From Octopus sinensis (Eukaryota), in NCBI RefSeq assembly GCF_006345805.1, contig NC_043021.1, positions 20,770,001 to 20,834,000 on the forward strand: a stretch of DNA of 64,000 nucleotides, in the 5' to 3' direction. The notes beneath the pieces were generated by a model. The model was given only the letters and a program-made list of their open reading frames with translations. It was not told the origin of the DNA and did no database searches. Position numbers and translations under genes: made by a program. Below are positions 63,796 through 64,000 of the stretch, piece after piece. Numbering within the stretch: position 1 is the first letter of the stretch; each line of letters begins with the position of its first letter.

Positions 63796-63822
63796 AAACC
63801 CATTTTGAACCAGATTTCCCAG
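63796..63822 (-). CDS. PEX5: Candidate 27-nt PEX5 microexon (LGNLVQNGF)
   Basis: ttttgttttttatttacag acceptor and gtaagtg donor; frame-preserving and stop-free in phase 0. No homology support. Confidence 0.35.
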
Positions 63823-64000
63823 CTGTAAATAAAAAACAAAACTGTAAAAATTCTTAGAAAAAGTGAAAAGAGCAGGTTGCAGTTATGCCTTTCAGGAAGA
63901 ATTCAACAATTAGCTCTGTTGCAAGCATTCCGTGTAGACCCCAAGTCCTGGGTTACTTCTTTCTTCTCATCCTCCCTACAAAATACAAGTCACATGAGCT

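Noticed and set aside
63890-63978. Further PEX5 exon near the right edge
   Set aside because: A plausible acceptor exists, but all frames hit stops or lack PEX5 similarity and there is no good donor.

Overview
Repeat-rich eukaryotic genomic DNA, most likely from an octopus (inferred from the SINE, RTE-LINE, Helitron and microsatellite content; not verified by search). Left third (1-19386): about 2.1 copies of a ~9.2-kb tandem unit. Each unit holds an intronless ~136-140 aa gene with a ParB/sulfiredoxin-like fold, a dead CRE-clade RT with a Tx1/L1 fragment nested inside it, Helitron ends, a hAT MITE and minimal hammerhead-like motifs. Middle: a canonical hammerhead ribozyme (~22.1 kb) and a near-intact RTE LINE. 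That LINE has a PHD finger in ORF2, a VNTR in its 3' UTR, and appears to carry a ~29 x 174-bp monomer array in its 5' leader. A 9 x 138-bp array follows. Right third: the last seven coding exons of PEX5 on the minus strand, all splice phases consistent, plus a candidate 27-nt microexon. The PEX5 introns are filled with LINEs, SINEs, MITEs and simple repeats. Many single-base indels between near-identical copies suggest long-read consensus errors, so some frameshifts may not be real.
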